A stretch of DNA of 64,000 nt from Candidatus Altimarinota bacterium. Its GTDB lineage: Bacteria > Patescibacteriota > Gracilibacteria > BD1-5 > UBA6164. The position numbers were made by a program, and so were the translations under genes. Every line of letters starts with the position of its first letter. Position 1 is the stretch's first letter. The notes under the pieces were generated by a model. It had not been told where the DNA came from. It did no database searches and was given only the letters and a program-made list of their open reading frames with translations. The stretch covers positions 2 through 64,001 of the forward strand of contig JAMIGJ010000044.1 in NCBI GenBank assembly GCA_035905775.1, given 5' to 3'. Positions 1 to 11,556 of this stretch are shown in pieces.

Positions 1-13
1 ATAAAAAAATAGA

Positions 14-967
14 TTATAAGCTAAAAAATACTTCAGACAAGAGCGTATCTTGCAACTTTGTTTTTCGGATATTTTTTCCGATAAATACTATGCGAGATAT
101 CCTCTCTTTTCTATCCCAACGCTCATCTGGGTTAAGCGTAAAACTCGAACCAGCTTTTTGGATGATATATCGTGCTTCAGGCATTTCGGCAAAGTGCACA
201 AATCCCTTGATTCGAAAGATATCATCGGGAAGATTTCCTAAAAAGTGTTTCATATGTTCGAGGCTATAACATGTTTCCTCTGTTTTAAAGAGATAGTTGG
301 TGATACTATGATCATGATGGTGATCGTGCTCATGCCCTAGTTCGTGTTCTATCGCTTCGGTCATCTCAAAACTCGTGGTATCGAGGATGTAACTGAGGTC
401 TACTTTTCCAAAATTTGTTTCAACGATGACTCCATAAGGATTGAGTTCTTTGACTGATTTTTTGATTGCTTCTATTTCTTCTGGTGCCACTCCTTCGACT
501 TTATTAAGGATGATAAAATTCGCAAACTCTATCTGTTCAAAGGTCGTTTGGAGTGATTGTACGAGATGATGCCTGAAATTTGTGGCATCAACGAGGCAGA
601 CGATACTATCCAGTTTACATCTTCCTTCAAAATCTTCGATGAGAAAGGTCTGAGCAATCGGCAGAGGTTCGCTCATTCCAGAAGCTTCGATGATGAGATA
701 GTCAAATTCTTTTCCAGAGTCAAGAAGTTTTTGAACTCCAGCGATAAAGTCTCCTCGTACTGAGCAGCACATACATCCATTCTGGATTTCTATGATTTCT
801 TCGACAGAGTTTTCGACGAGTTCTCCATCGACTCCTTCTTCTCCAAATTCATTTTCTATCACGGCTATTTTGTAGTCTTGGGTATTTCGTAAAATATGAT
901 TGAGAAGGGTTGTTTTTCCAGCTCCCAAAAAGCCAGAAAGTACGGTTACGGGTATTTTTTTATTCAT
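14..967 (-). CDS. COG0523/CobW-family G3E GTPase, putative zinc metallochaperone
   Basis: Uninterrupted 317-aa ORF with Walker A GFLGAGKTTLL, a CxCC motif (GCMCCSV) and a His-rich stretch HELGHEHDHHHDH. TAA stop. Lies directly downstream of a Fur-family gene. Confidence 0.85.
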   Translation of the reverse strand: MNKKIPVTVLSGFLGAGKTTLLNHILRNTQDYKIAVIENEFGEEGVDGELVENSVEEIIEIQNGCMCCSVRGDFIAGVQKLLDSGKEFDYLIIEASGMSEPLPIAQTFLIEDFEGRCKLDSIVCLVDATNFRHHLVQSLQTTFEQIEFANFIILNKVEGVAPEEIEAIKKSVKELNPYGVIVETNFGKVDLSYILDTTSFEMTEAIEHELGHEHDHHHDHSITNYLFKTEETCYSLEHMKHFLGNLPDDIFRIKGFVHFAEMPEARYIIQKAGSSFTLNPDERWDRKERISRIVFIGKNIRKTKLQDTLLSEVFFSL

Positions 968-979
968 AGATTTAATATT

Positions 980-1378
980 TTATGAGCTACACTCACTACA
1001 TTTCCCAAATAAATTTATCGAGTGTTCTCGCAGGGTGAAATGATGATTTTTTGCAACTTGAGAGAGAAGTTTGCAGAGAAACTGAGAGTCAAACGAAAGG
1101 ATTTTTCCACAAGATTCGCACTTCATATGTTCGTGATGATGCTCGTGTGAGTTGACTTCATATTGTTCGACTCCAGCCTCAAGACTCACTCTGCGAAGAA
1201 CTCCAATCTCACAAAAGAGCTTTATCGTCCGAAAGATACTCGCTCTCCCAATATCTGGAAAGCTTGTTTCGATATCACGAGCCGAAAAAATATGAAACTC
1301 CTGCATTTTTCCAAAGAGCTCTTTACGCTCAGGAGTGACGCTTTTTTTCTCACGTTTGAGTATTTCTTCTATTTTCAT
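980..1378 (-). CDS. Fur-family metal-responsive regulator (Zur-like)
   Basis: 132-aa ORF with a winged-helix N-terminus, HEHHHEH, and CxxC pairs (CESC, CSEC). Same orientation as the COG0523 gene. Confidence 0.8.
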   Translation of the reverse strand: MKIEEILKREKKSVTPERKELFGKMQEFHIFSARDIETSFPDIGRASIFRTIKLFCEIGVLRRVSLEAGVEQYEVNSHEHHHEHMKCESCGKILSFDSQFLCKLLSQVAKNHHFTLREHSINLFGKCSECSS

Positions 1379-1650
1379 AATTGAGACATAGTATCAATTA
1401 AAGTATTTGAAATATATGCAAGAGAGGTGAGATGTCAAAAGATTTTTGAGAAAAATAATTTCTTCTTGCAATTTTAAAACTTTTTTGTAGAGTACTGCTC
1501 GACACAGATTTTCATGTTTTGAAAATCCCCTGAATGAAGAGACACCCTTACACAAAACTTGAGGACATCTCTTCCTTGCGAGATGTATACATATTTTGTA
1601 GGTAGGTTTTATAGGCTTGTATGAGCGTGTAAAAAAGTGTCTCTTTATTT

Positions 1651-1699
1651 TATTATTCCACCTCTGAATCTCCTCCTTTTATTAAAAAGGAGGAGAGCA
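1651..1699 (-). repeat. PE-1 palindromic element copy
   Basis: On the minus strand it reads CTCCTCCTTTT-TAAT-AAAAGGAGGAG followed by ATTCAGAGGTGGAATA. Same architecture as the other PE-1 copies. Confidence 0.7.
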
Positions 1700-1721
1700 T
1701 CAAAAAATATTAATTCTTTTT

Positions 1722-1766
1722 CCCCCTTCCTTTTTTGTAAAAGGAAGGGTTGGGGATGGAATAAGT
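1722..1766 (+). repeat. PE-1 palindromic element copy (variant)
   Basis: CCCTTCCTTTT-TTGT-AAAAGGAAGGG followed by TTGGGGATGGAATAAG. Inverted relative to the copy at 1651-1699. Confidence 0.6.
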
Positions 1767-1786
1767 GGGATTAACCATATTACATT

Positions 1787-3604
1787 ATGTCAGAAATTAC
1801 TGTACAGAAAACTACGTTCCGTGACCTCGGTCTTTCGGAAAAGCTTCTTGAGGCCATTGAGAAAAAAGGATACCAATATCCAAGTGAAATCCAAGCTGGA
1901 GTGATACCACTTCTCTTAAACGGAGACAGAGATATCGTAGGACAAGCTCAAACGGGAACCGGGAAAACAGCAGCTTTTGGTCTGCCACTTTTAGATAGAC
2001 TCAATATGGATAAATCAGGAGTTCAAGCGATGATCCTCGCTCCAACTCGAGAGCTTGCGATCCAAGTAGCCAATGAAATCAAATCATTTGCCGATGCTCA
2101 AGTAAAAGTAACACTTCTCTACGGAGGACAAAATATCCGAGATGAACTTATGGAGCTTAAACGAGGTCCGCATATCGTGGTTGGGACTCCAGGTCGAGTC
2201 AAAGATCACCTTATTACCAAACGAACGCTCAATCTCTCGACGATCGATTATTTTATCCTCGATGAAGCAGATGAGATGCTTAATATTGGGTTTCGAGAAG
2301 AAATCGAAGAAATCCTGACGCATACTCCAGAAAATAAAAAAACACTGCTTTTTTCTGCAACGATGCCACGAGAAATTTTGGGTCTCGTAAAACAATATAT
2401 GCACGAGTATGATACCGTTGCGATTCAATCAAAAACGACGATTTCAGATCGTATCACTCAAATCTACTATGAAGTGGCTCCACGAAATAAATTTGAAGCT
2501 CTTTCGCGAGTGATTGATATGACCGAAGATTTTTATGGAATCGTATTTTGTAAGACCAAGATGGATGTAGATGAAGTTGCTTCAAAACTTATCGGAAGAG
2601 GGATTAAGGCTGAAGCCATTCACGGAGATATCGAACAAAAAAATCGAGAAAAAGTACTTGCGAGATTTAAATCTCGCAAAATCTCAATTCTTGTCGCAAC
2701 CGATGTTGCGGCTCGAGGAATCGATGTAGAAGATCTCACTCACGTGGTAAACTACTCACTTCCAGATAATGCAGAAGTCTATACACACCGTATCGGTCGT
2801 ACCGCTCGTGCAGGGAAGACGGGAACAGCCATCAACTTCGTGTCTCGACTCGATACTCGAAAACTCTTTGGCATCGAAAGACTCTTGAAACAAAAAATGA
2901 CCCAAGGAAAAATCCCAGGAGCTCGTGAAGTAGTAGAACTTCAGAAAAAACGACTCGTAGGAAATATCGCAAATCTCATGAATGACGAAAAACTCCATGA
3001 ATACGAATCTATGGTTCAAAGTCTCCTTGAACTTGGGGATCCAAAAACCGTACTTGCTGCGATGCTCAAAAACGCTCATGCAGATAAATTTGATGAAGCA
3101 TCCTATAATATCATCACGGAGTCAGCACCTCTTGCTCCAACAGGAGAACAGCGTATTTTCATCGCTCGTGGAAAGCTCGATAATCTTGATCCAGGAAGTC
3201 TGATCCGATTCATCGAAAACGAAGTGGGGATGAAACTCGGTGATGTTGGTAAAATCGATGTTCTTGAAAAATTTTCTTATATGAATGTTCAAGCGAAAGA
3301 CGCAGAGCAAATTTTACATCATTTTAAAGAACTTAATCCACGTCAACCACTTGTAGTACAAGCGAAAGCTCGAACAGATGGAGGAGGATATGCAAGCAGT
3401 GGGGGAGGTTCACGTGGAGGACGAAGTGGAGGATCATCTGGATGATATTCTGGAGGGGGATTTAAAAAATCATACTCAGGAGGACGAGGAGATGGACTTG
3501 GATATTCTGGAGGAGGTTCAAATTCACGTTCAAGCGGAGCTCGAGGGAGTTCTCGTGGAGGTCGAGAATCTGCAGGAGGGAAAAGTTATGGATGGAAAAA
3601 GTAA
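1787..3604 (+). CDS. deaD: DEAD-box ATP-dependent RNA helicase with Gly/Ser/Arg-rich tail
   Basis: Carries Q motif, AQTGTGKT, DEAD, SAT and HRIGRTARAG. The frame reads through TGA at 3443-3445 into a GYSGGG/RGG tail and ends at TAA 3602-3604. Confidence 0.9.
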
Positions 3605-3610
3605 GAAATA

Positions 3611-3639
3611 AAAAAATCTCTGCCTTGCAGAGATTTTTT
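3611..3639 (+). terminator. Rho-independent terminator
   Basis: Stem ATCTCTG/CAGAGAT with a 5-nt loop, followed by a T-run, right after the deaD stop. Confidence 0.7.
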
Positions 3640-3710
3640 GTGCATGAAAAGAGTTTGCAAAAAATATAAAAACCTCTAATTTACTAAAAAGTATTTTGTA
3701 ATTTAAAATT

Positions 3711-3992
3711 ATGCTTGAGCTTCTCCAACTCATGTGACAAAAACAATCTCTAGTTATATATGCGCTTTTTCTTATCCTTATCGTGTTACAGTATTATGTT
3801 TCACTGCAGCCTCAAGGATATTTTTTGTGAAAAATACGTAAGTATATCCCAAAAAACTATCGTCAGAGATTTGTGCAACCTGAAATGGAGATAAAAGCAC
3901 GAGTTTCATTTCAAAGATTTGTGCTTTTATGTATAATTGCACTCGTTATATTTCTCATCTTACAAATAGCAGGATTATATTTTTTATCATAA
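3711..3992 (+). CDS. small hypothetical membrane protein (93 aa)
   Basis: ATG to TAA in code 25 with 2 in-frame TGA. Two hydrophobic segments. Ends 4 nt before the next ATG. Confidence 0.4.
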
Positions 3993-3996
3993 TTTT

Positions 3997-5829
3997 ATGA
4001 ACCAAACACTCTTTCTTGAAAATATTTCAAAAATTCATGAACTTTTTAACGCAAATGAAGCGCATCTCAATGGACTTGCTGAAGGAATTCAAAAAGAGGG
4101 ATATCAAAGAGAGATACTAGATAGCTTTCTTGATGAGTTGAGGCTTGAAAAAAATAGTGATACACGCTATGTAGCCTATGCACGAATTGCAGGAAAAAAA
4201 TTTGAACCTCTCGATATCTACCTCGAAAAAATTGGAAAATCTCGTGAAGAGCGAGATATCTATTTTGAGAAATCCTATATTTTTGTGAGAAAATATTATG
4301 AAAATATGCAGGAAACTCTGCTTCAAAAAATACAGGAGCAAAAACTGCTCCCAGAGTTCTATATGACGATATTTGAGTATACACATAAGCTTGGAAAACT
4401 CTATTCTGAATTATTTTTGCAGTGGAATAGAAAACTTCTTTTTGAGCAAAATCGTGAACTCGAAGCTCGCTTTGAGGGAAATCAGGATGCAATTATCATG
4501 TTTCTCCAAGAAAATGGACTCTTTGATACATGACACCGTGGAGATATGGCAGACAGGAGTTATTCACTGCTAGAGAAAGCAGGAAACGAATATATTTCTC
4601 GAAGCTACTGTGAAGTATTTCCCACAGAAGTTCAAACGATTGTGAAAAAATACGAAGATTTTATACAAGCTCTAGATCTGCTCGAAGACGAAGTATTTGG
4701 GAGAAAACGAGAATATATTAACTATTTTACAGCAATTCAAACTGCATGGAAGGAAAAAGATATAAACGAACTCGTAGAAAAATGGTCTCAAGTGGATATT
4801 GCGTGGATGGCTATAGATACTCCCGTACAACCAGGGCATCCGATAGAATACTATGAAGATAAATATCGTCGAGCAGTTTCCATAGAGTTTGACCTCCGGC
4901 TGACTGATCCAAGTCTCTTTGAATCGACCGTTGCAAAAAATATCGAACATATGTATGAAGCGATGTACGATGAAATCGGTCGAGAAAATTTTCCTGAAAG
5001 CTATCACTACAGTCTCAATAATCAAAAAAAAGTACAGCTCTATATCGGAGCTCCAGTTCTTGCTTATGGATCATTTTTGTGTGGAAGCTATAGCGCGCAA
5101 GTCGTTCCAAACGATGATGAGGTGAGTAAAATCCATGGAAAAAAGATTTTTGCCTTTCCAAAATATGTACGAGAAAGCCAAAAAGTAGCTCCAAAAATGG
5201 CACTTGATGCCAAGATGATAGATGCAGAGATCTTAGAAAAATATGATGCGTTTTTGCAAGGTCCAGAAGAGAGATACTACGAAATCTATGATATCGAAAC
5301 GATTGGGCACGAATATGGGCATACCCTTTGGCTTGCTCCAGGAGCAGAGATTCGCATGGGAGAACAAGGACTTTTTAAAAATATAGAAGAGTTTAAAGCA
5401 ACGGCAGGAGGACTCGTCGCATATTTTCTCGCAGGTGGAAATGAGCTTTTGGATGAAGATGTAGTGGTAACGCATCTCATGCGCAGTATGCGGATGATGC
5501 GATACCGAGAAGTAGAGGATATTCTCCCATACTATTGTGAGTGCCTCATACATCTCCATATATTTTTTATGTCAGGGATGATAGACTATCACTTTGGAAA
5601 AGTAAAACTCCATTATAATGAAAAAACCTACGCAACATTCAAAGAACTCTATACTTCTATCTATACCCAACAAATATTTACCTATCTCAATCAGATGGAA
5701 GCAGGGAATTTTCTTTTTGAATTTGTAGTACGGGAAAACGGAGTATTTCTCCCAAAAGAGGAAAAAGTCAGAAAATTTGTAGAAGAGTATTATGAAAATT
5801 ATAAGAGGATAGGGAATGAAGTGTTGTAG
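3997..5829 (+). CDS. hypothetical protein with HExxH zinc-metallopeptidase motif
   Basis: Track ORFs 3997-4533 and 4546-5829 share one frame and are separated only by TGA 4531-4533. Contains HEYGH (IGHEYGHTLW). 610 aa. Confidence 0.75.
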
Positions 5830-5842
5830 AAAAGTTTTGTAA

Positions 5843-5871
5843 GGAACGAATATTTTCGTTCCCATTTTTTT
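5843..5871 (+). terminator. Rho-independent terminator
   Basis: Stem GGAACGAA/TTCGTTCC with loop TATT, then a T-run. Confidence 0.7.
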
Positions 5872-5983
5872 AGAGATTTTCAGTACTTCTTGTATCCATC
5901 TTTGTTTTCTTTGTATTTCATATTTCTTGAAAAATGAAAAAAACTCTCTTTACTTCTGCATATATTTTCATACTATAAAACGT

Positions 5984-8269
5984 ATGAAAAATATACAAAC
6001 TATACTCAAAAATACCTTTTGACTCGAATCTTTTCGAGAAGGGCAACAAGAAATCATCGAGCATATCATCGACGGAAACGATACGCTCGTTTTTATGCCG
6101 ACTGGAGGAGGAAAATCTCTTACCTATCAACTTCCTGGGATAGTCGGGGACGGGATATGTATCGTGATTTCTCCGCTTATTTCTCTCATGAAAGATCAGG
6201 TTGATAAACTCAATACTCTTGGAATACGTACAGAAGTCATCAACTCGACTCTTTCTGGACGTGAAAAACAGGATATATTGCATGAGCTCAAGTATTTTCA
6301 GGATGAAGGAAATGAAGGAATAAAATTTCTCTATATCGCTCCTGAACGTCTCAACTCTAATGAGTTTATCGGGATTCTCAAAACCTGTAAAATATCGCTG
6401 CTTGCCATCGATGAAGCTCATTGTATCTCGCAGTGGGGACATGATTTTCGTCCGAGCTATATGAAAATTAAAGGATTTATTGATGAACTTGCAGGAGGGG
6501 GAGTACGAACTTTTCCGGTCGTAGGACTCACTGCAACCGCAACCCATAAAGTACGAGAAGATATCGTCGAGCGACTTGGGCTTAAAAAATATAGGAGTTT
6601 TATCTCAGGATTTGATCGAAAAAATATCTGTATCATCGTCCGAGAAATCTCTACCAAAGAAGAAAAACAAAAAAAAGTCGAGGAAATCATCGCAAAAACA
6701 CCTTGAGTTGGGATTATCTACTGCTCAAGCCGAAAACACGTGATCGAGCTTTCAGATCATCTCATCTCTCGTGGGATAAAAACAGGAGTGTATAAAGGAG
6801 ATTTGAGTGCAGAAGTGCGTGACCAACAGCAAAATGCCTTTATGAATGACGAGTATAAGGTGATGGTTGCCACCAATGCCTTTGGAATGGGAATCGATAA
6901 AAAAGACATTCGTTTTGTGATTCACTACAATCTTCCCGGAAGTATTGAAAACTATTATCAGGAAATCGGTCGGGCTTGAAGAGATGGAAAGATGAGCTAC
7001 GCAGTGACCCTTGCAAGTTACGGTGATACCAAAATCCAAGAATTTTTCATAGAAAATACCTATCCAGAAAAAAAAGAAGTTTTGGATTTCTATGACTATC
7101 TCTACCAAAAGATGCAACTTTGAGAAGGAAAAGCCGAGCGAGTAGCAAAAACCTATGTGTCGATGGCCAGTGAATCAGGAGTCGGAAATGATATGAAAGT
7201 CGCTGCGATTATCAAGATTCTCGAAAAATATGGAATCTTGCGACGATGACTCGAAGAAACAGATACTGAGCAAGACTTTCGAGGACGTGGTTTAACATTG
7301 CTACAAGAAAAACGTCAACACAGCCATGTGATGATAGACTGGAAACGGCAAGAACTTCTCAAAAATGAGTCCTATCATAAACTCGAAGAGATGAAAAAAC
7401 TCCTCTTTTATCCACGTTGTCGTAAGAGATATATTTTAGAGTACTTTGGAGATGAAGAAGATCTAGAGCATCTTCCAGCAAACTGTGGAGTGTGTGACTA
7501 TTGTCTGGAAGCAAGAAAATATAGCTCTGAAGATATCGAAAAGATGTTTCCCCTGAGTAGCTATAGTCTCATCCTCGAATCTGTAAAAAAATATGACGAA
7601 AAGTTTGGACAAGTATTATTGGTGCGCATGCTCTTAGGAAGTGGAGATAAAAGACTTACACAGTGGCATCTGGATGACTATGAGCATTTTTGAGCGCTGA
7701 AAGAATATGATAAGGAGGCGATTGGAGCGATGTTTGATGCACTCGTCACCGAAAACTTTCTTTTTAAAACTTCAGGGCAATACCCATGTATAGGTATTAC
7801 AGAGCTCGGTCGTGCTGCGATTTTTCGCAGTCAGGTCTTAAAAAATGCTCACAGTGATATGAATCACTTTGTGATGCAAAAAGTATGAAACAGCAAAAAA
7901 ACAGCCGGAAAAAGTGACGGGAAAAAAGCTGCAGCCAAAAAATCTGAAACCTATAAAGAGACTTTAGAGCTCTATAAAGCAGGAAAAACCATTCCAGAAA
8001 TCGCTGAGCTTCGGGACTATACCATGCAAACCATCGAGCAACATCTCGTACAACTCTATATCTCAGGACTCCTTTCGCTTTTTGAAGTACTGAAGCTTTC
8101 AGATCTCGAAAAACTCAAGACAGTAAAAACACTCGTTGAGTCAGATGCACTCATCGATAACTCAGCTTTGAAACCCATAAAAGAGATTTTACAAGATGAG
8201 GGAAGAGATGATATCTCCTATTTTGATATCAAACTCGCACTTGCGCTCATCGAAAAAGGAGATTTATAA
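5984..8269 (+). CDS. recQ: ATP-dependent DNA helicase RecQ with C-terminal helix-turn-helix-like domain
   Basis: Five track fragments lie in one frame joined by 7 TGA. Motifs: FG(TGA)LESFREGQ, MPTGGGKS, DEAHC, GRAG(TGA)RDG and a CxxC zinc region. 761 aa, TAA stop. Confidence 0.9.
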
Positions 8270-8350
8270 AAACTAAAAATGAATTGTTTCGTAAATTGTA
8301 TTTTTATTTCTTTTATGTTACTATTTTTATATACAAATTAACTAAAAGAT

Positions 8351-9151
8351 ATGTCTGATTCAAAAGAAACATGAGGATGAAATAAAGATCCACTTCCATT
8401 TAATATTTATAAATGATATTTTTGAAAAATAGAAATGGGAGATATTATTCCTGTTTGATGAAATATTGTGTGAGGTGTAACTTCACATCTAGAAATAGAT
8501 GAAATACCTCAAAATACAATGATTGATATTCATGAATTTGAAGGATTATATAATAAGCAAAAATCGTGAATTGAAGAATACCTAAATAAAGCTCAAATAG
8601 ATGCTGAAAGTAGAATGTTTTTTGCTCTATGGAATGTACAAACTAGAATTCAAAAAGCACTCAAAACTATGCAGCAAACAGATTTATCTCAAAGAAGTAC
8701 CCTTTATAATACCAAAGGGCAAGTCAAACTTTCAGAACTGATATGAAATTCTGCGTGTGCTGAACGAGCAGCATTATGAACATATGTATTATATGGTTTA
8801 TGAATAGAAGCATACTATATGGCATGATATTCTTTTCAGAGTGATATAGATGATGGAGAACCACATTCATGGATTATTATTCCATGAGTAAGTAAAACTC
8901 TTATTTTTGATGTTGCTCGACCAATTACAATTGAGTGAGGACAAGAATTGCCTAATATTTATAGGATAAATGGAGAATTTAATAAAGAAATAATTTGAAA
9001 ATCAGATAATTTTTATGTGGAAGCAAAATCTGTATATTGATGAAGAAATTCACTTCATTTTTGAGTTTGAGATGGAAGAATGTCATCTGAAATTCCAAAT
9101 ATAGTAAACACAAGTTCAAATGAGGTAGTAAAAATCATCTCATGAAATTAG
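8351..9151 (+). CDS. hypothetical protein, transglutaminase-like cysteine-peptidase fold suspected
   Basis: Invisible in the standard-code track because it has 20 in-frame TGA in 266 codons. ATG to TAG. Candidate Cys-His-Asp pattern: NSACAERAAL...PHSWIIIP...IFDV. Confidence 0.6.
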
Positions 9152-9168
9152 ATTATTAGTACGAATTC

Positions 9169-9870
9169 ATGAAAAAAATATTATTTCTCATACCTCCCAG
9201 CGAAGGAAAAACTTCAGGATGAGAGCTCTGAAATGAAACTCTCAACTTTCATTTTGAAAAACCAACAAAAATAATAGAGCAAGCAAACGAAAAAGATCTC
9301 AAATGCAAGGGAAAACGTTTTGAGGAAGCGCAGGAACTCAATACTTTATGTAGTTCTCCTCTCCTGCAAGGGAGAGGAGATTCAGAGGTGAGGGCTGCGA
9401 TTGCTCGCTATAATGGAGTGATGTATAGCGCAATTGATTACGACGCAATGACTTTGGATGCGCAACATATTTTTGATAGGCATTTTTTGATATGTTCTGG
9501 GATGTATGGACTTGTGTGACCACAAGACGCAATAGCAAACTATAAACTTCCGATAGAGACGAAGTGACTTTCGCATTTTTGGAAAGAAAAAATCACTCAA
9601 ACACTCAATGAGAGTAAGTTTAATATCATCGTAGATGTACTTCCAGGAAGCTATAAAAAGATGATTAACTGGAAAAAACTCCATAAAAAAGTCATAGTGG
9701 TAGATTTTTTTGAAATGAAAGATGGAAAGAAGAAAAAAATGACGCATGGAGTAAAAGCCGTGAAAGGGAAATGGATTAAAAAACTCTGTGAAAAAGATTT
9801 CACAGAGTTTGAAAACATGATTCTTGAAAAAATATCACAAGGGGAAACTAGGCTTGAGGTACTTCAATAA
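9169..9870 (+). CDS. yaaA: YaaA-like peroxide stress protein (UPF0246/DUF328)
   Basis: Motifs LIPPSEGK, RYNGVMYSAID, ICSGMYGLVG(TGA)PQD, YKLP, FWKEKIT and THGVKAVKG. 4 in-frame TGA, TAA stop. Confidence 0.75.
9348..9394 (+). repeat. PE-1 palindromic element copy inside yaaA coding sequence
   Basis: CTCCTCTCC-TGCA-AGGGAGAGGAG followed by ATTCAGAGGTGAGG. Translated in-frame as CSSPLLQGRGDSEVR. Confidence 0.65.
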
Positions 9871-10555
9871 GCAAAATATCACTTTCACTTTCTGCAGTAA
9901 AACCTATTTTTTGATTGATTTCTAAAATCCCAATTGCATCACGAGTGTGCAGAAGCGTGTCTTCTACTACAAAACTTCCTGAAATATTCATCACATAGAT
10001 GATATTGTTTGCTTTTTGGAGTTGATACTCAAAACTCTCTCCAGTGTTTGTAAGTCTTCGAGAAATATACGCATCTTGGTTGATAAAGGCAACATCATCT
10101 CGTTTTATTGGTCCAGAAAGTAAGGTCCATTCTCCATTTTTGAGAGTGTAGGCTGCTTGAGAATATTGAGGATCAATCCCATTTTCTCTCGTATGTATCC
10201 AAATTTGAAAGAGTTCACAGGCTATAAAAGGATCATGATTCATCTCAGAGTGATAGACTCCACTTCCAGCAGACATGGATTGTACTTCTCAAATAGATAC
10301 GATTCCAGCGTTTCCCATAGAATCTTTATGAGAAATACTTCCCTGAAGTGGAATAGTGATAATTTCCATATTTGCATGAGGATGCATTCAAAATCCCTTT
10401 GCAGGAGCAATCCAATCATCATTGATGACGCGAAGAGCTCAAAATCCCATACGATCGGGATCATAATAATCCGAAAAAGAAAACGAAAAATTACTTCGAA
10501 GCCACGAAATTTCTGATTTTCATCGAGTATGTTCTGGAAAAAATATAGTTTTCAT
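9848..10555 (-). CDS. pirin-family protein (cupin)
   Basis: Motifs HPHANMEIITIPLQG and MSAGSGVYHSEMN. 4 in-frame TGA. Its start shares TAATG with the upstream gene's stop. Confidence 0.85.
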
Positions 10556-11190
10556 TATGAGAGGTGAAGGATAACATCATCGTTTGCATAGCGAATCTTT
10601 GGTCGAGTTGCATAGCTATCATCTGCTGCGCGGTATCAAACTGGAAGAACGAGAACACTCGCAAGTCCCAATTCAGGAAGTCCAAGCACTCTATCATAGT
10701 CAGCTTTCGAGAATCCTTCCATAGGGCACGCGTCTATCTGCATGCTTGCAGCGACGGTGAGAGCATTCCCGAGTGCGATATATACTTGTTTTTCTGCCCA
10801 AGATGCAGCCATCTCTGGACTCAAATTTTGGATAAAACCAAGCATCGTATCTTTGTATCCCTGAAGTGCTTCAGCGGGAGCTCCAGTTTTTTGGATCATA
10901 TCTGCGATGTAGGACTCAACGTGACTTGCATCAAGCGCTGTTTTACGGCATAAAACTAGCAGATGACTCGCATCAGCTACTTGTCTTTGTCCCCAAGAGT
11001 GAGTTACCAGCTCTTCTCGAACACTTGGATTTTCTACCACTACAAATTTCCATGGTTGGAGTCCAAAACTACTTGGAGTCAGTCGGAGTGCTTCGAGAAG
11101 CGTTTCAAATGCTTCAGCAGAGAGTTTTTTTGTGGCATCAAATTTTTTGGTAGCATATCTCCAAGAGAGTGCAGAAATCATGTTATTCAT
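10555..11190 (-). CDS. NAD(P)H nitroreductase
   Basis: Nitroreductase signatures RYATKKF, QPWKFVVV and CPMEGF. One TGA read-through extends the ORF to TAA at 10555-10557. Looks more GC-rich than its neighbours by eye. Confidence 0.85.
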
Positions 11191-11283
11191 ACGAGTTTTT
11201 TAAAATAATAAAATTGCTTTTCTATTATAGGAAGCTATTATTTTATAGCAACACCGAACTAGTATCTTTTTCACTACTATAGT

Positions 11284-11556
11284 ATGAATTATTGCTCACT
11301 TTCTCCACTTTTTGGGGTATTAGGGAAAAAATGGACTATGCATCTGATGGCTACTTTTTGAGAAAAAGAAGTGATTTCTTTTGGGGATTTACGACGTGAA
11401 TTTCCTCAAGTAACCGCATCAACTCTCACAGCTCGTTTACGTGATTTTCAAAACTTTGATCTTATCGAAAAGACACAAGAAGGGAAATACACTATCACCG
11501 AAACATTTCGAAAACTTACTCCTCTTATACGGCAGCTTGATCTATGAAAAAAATAA
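11284..11556 (+). CDS. HxlR-family transcriptional regulator
   Basis: C-x-L-x-LFGVLGKKWTMHLM pattern and a winged helix. Divergent from the nitroreductase gene. 2 in-frame TGA. Confidence 0.7.

Noticed and set aside
1379-1450. Looked for a Zur/Fur box upstream of the Fur-family gene.
   Set aside because: Only a weak partial palindrome (TTGAAATATATGCAA) is present, not convincing without a lineage-specific motif model.
5918-6547. 209-aa minus-strand ORF.
   Set aside because: It is antisense to the well-supported recQ helicase core and has no recognisable motifs.
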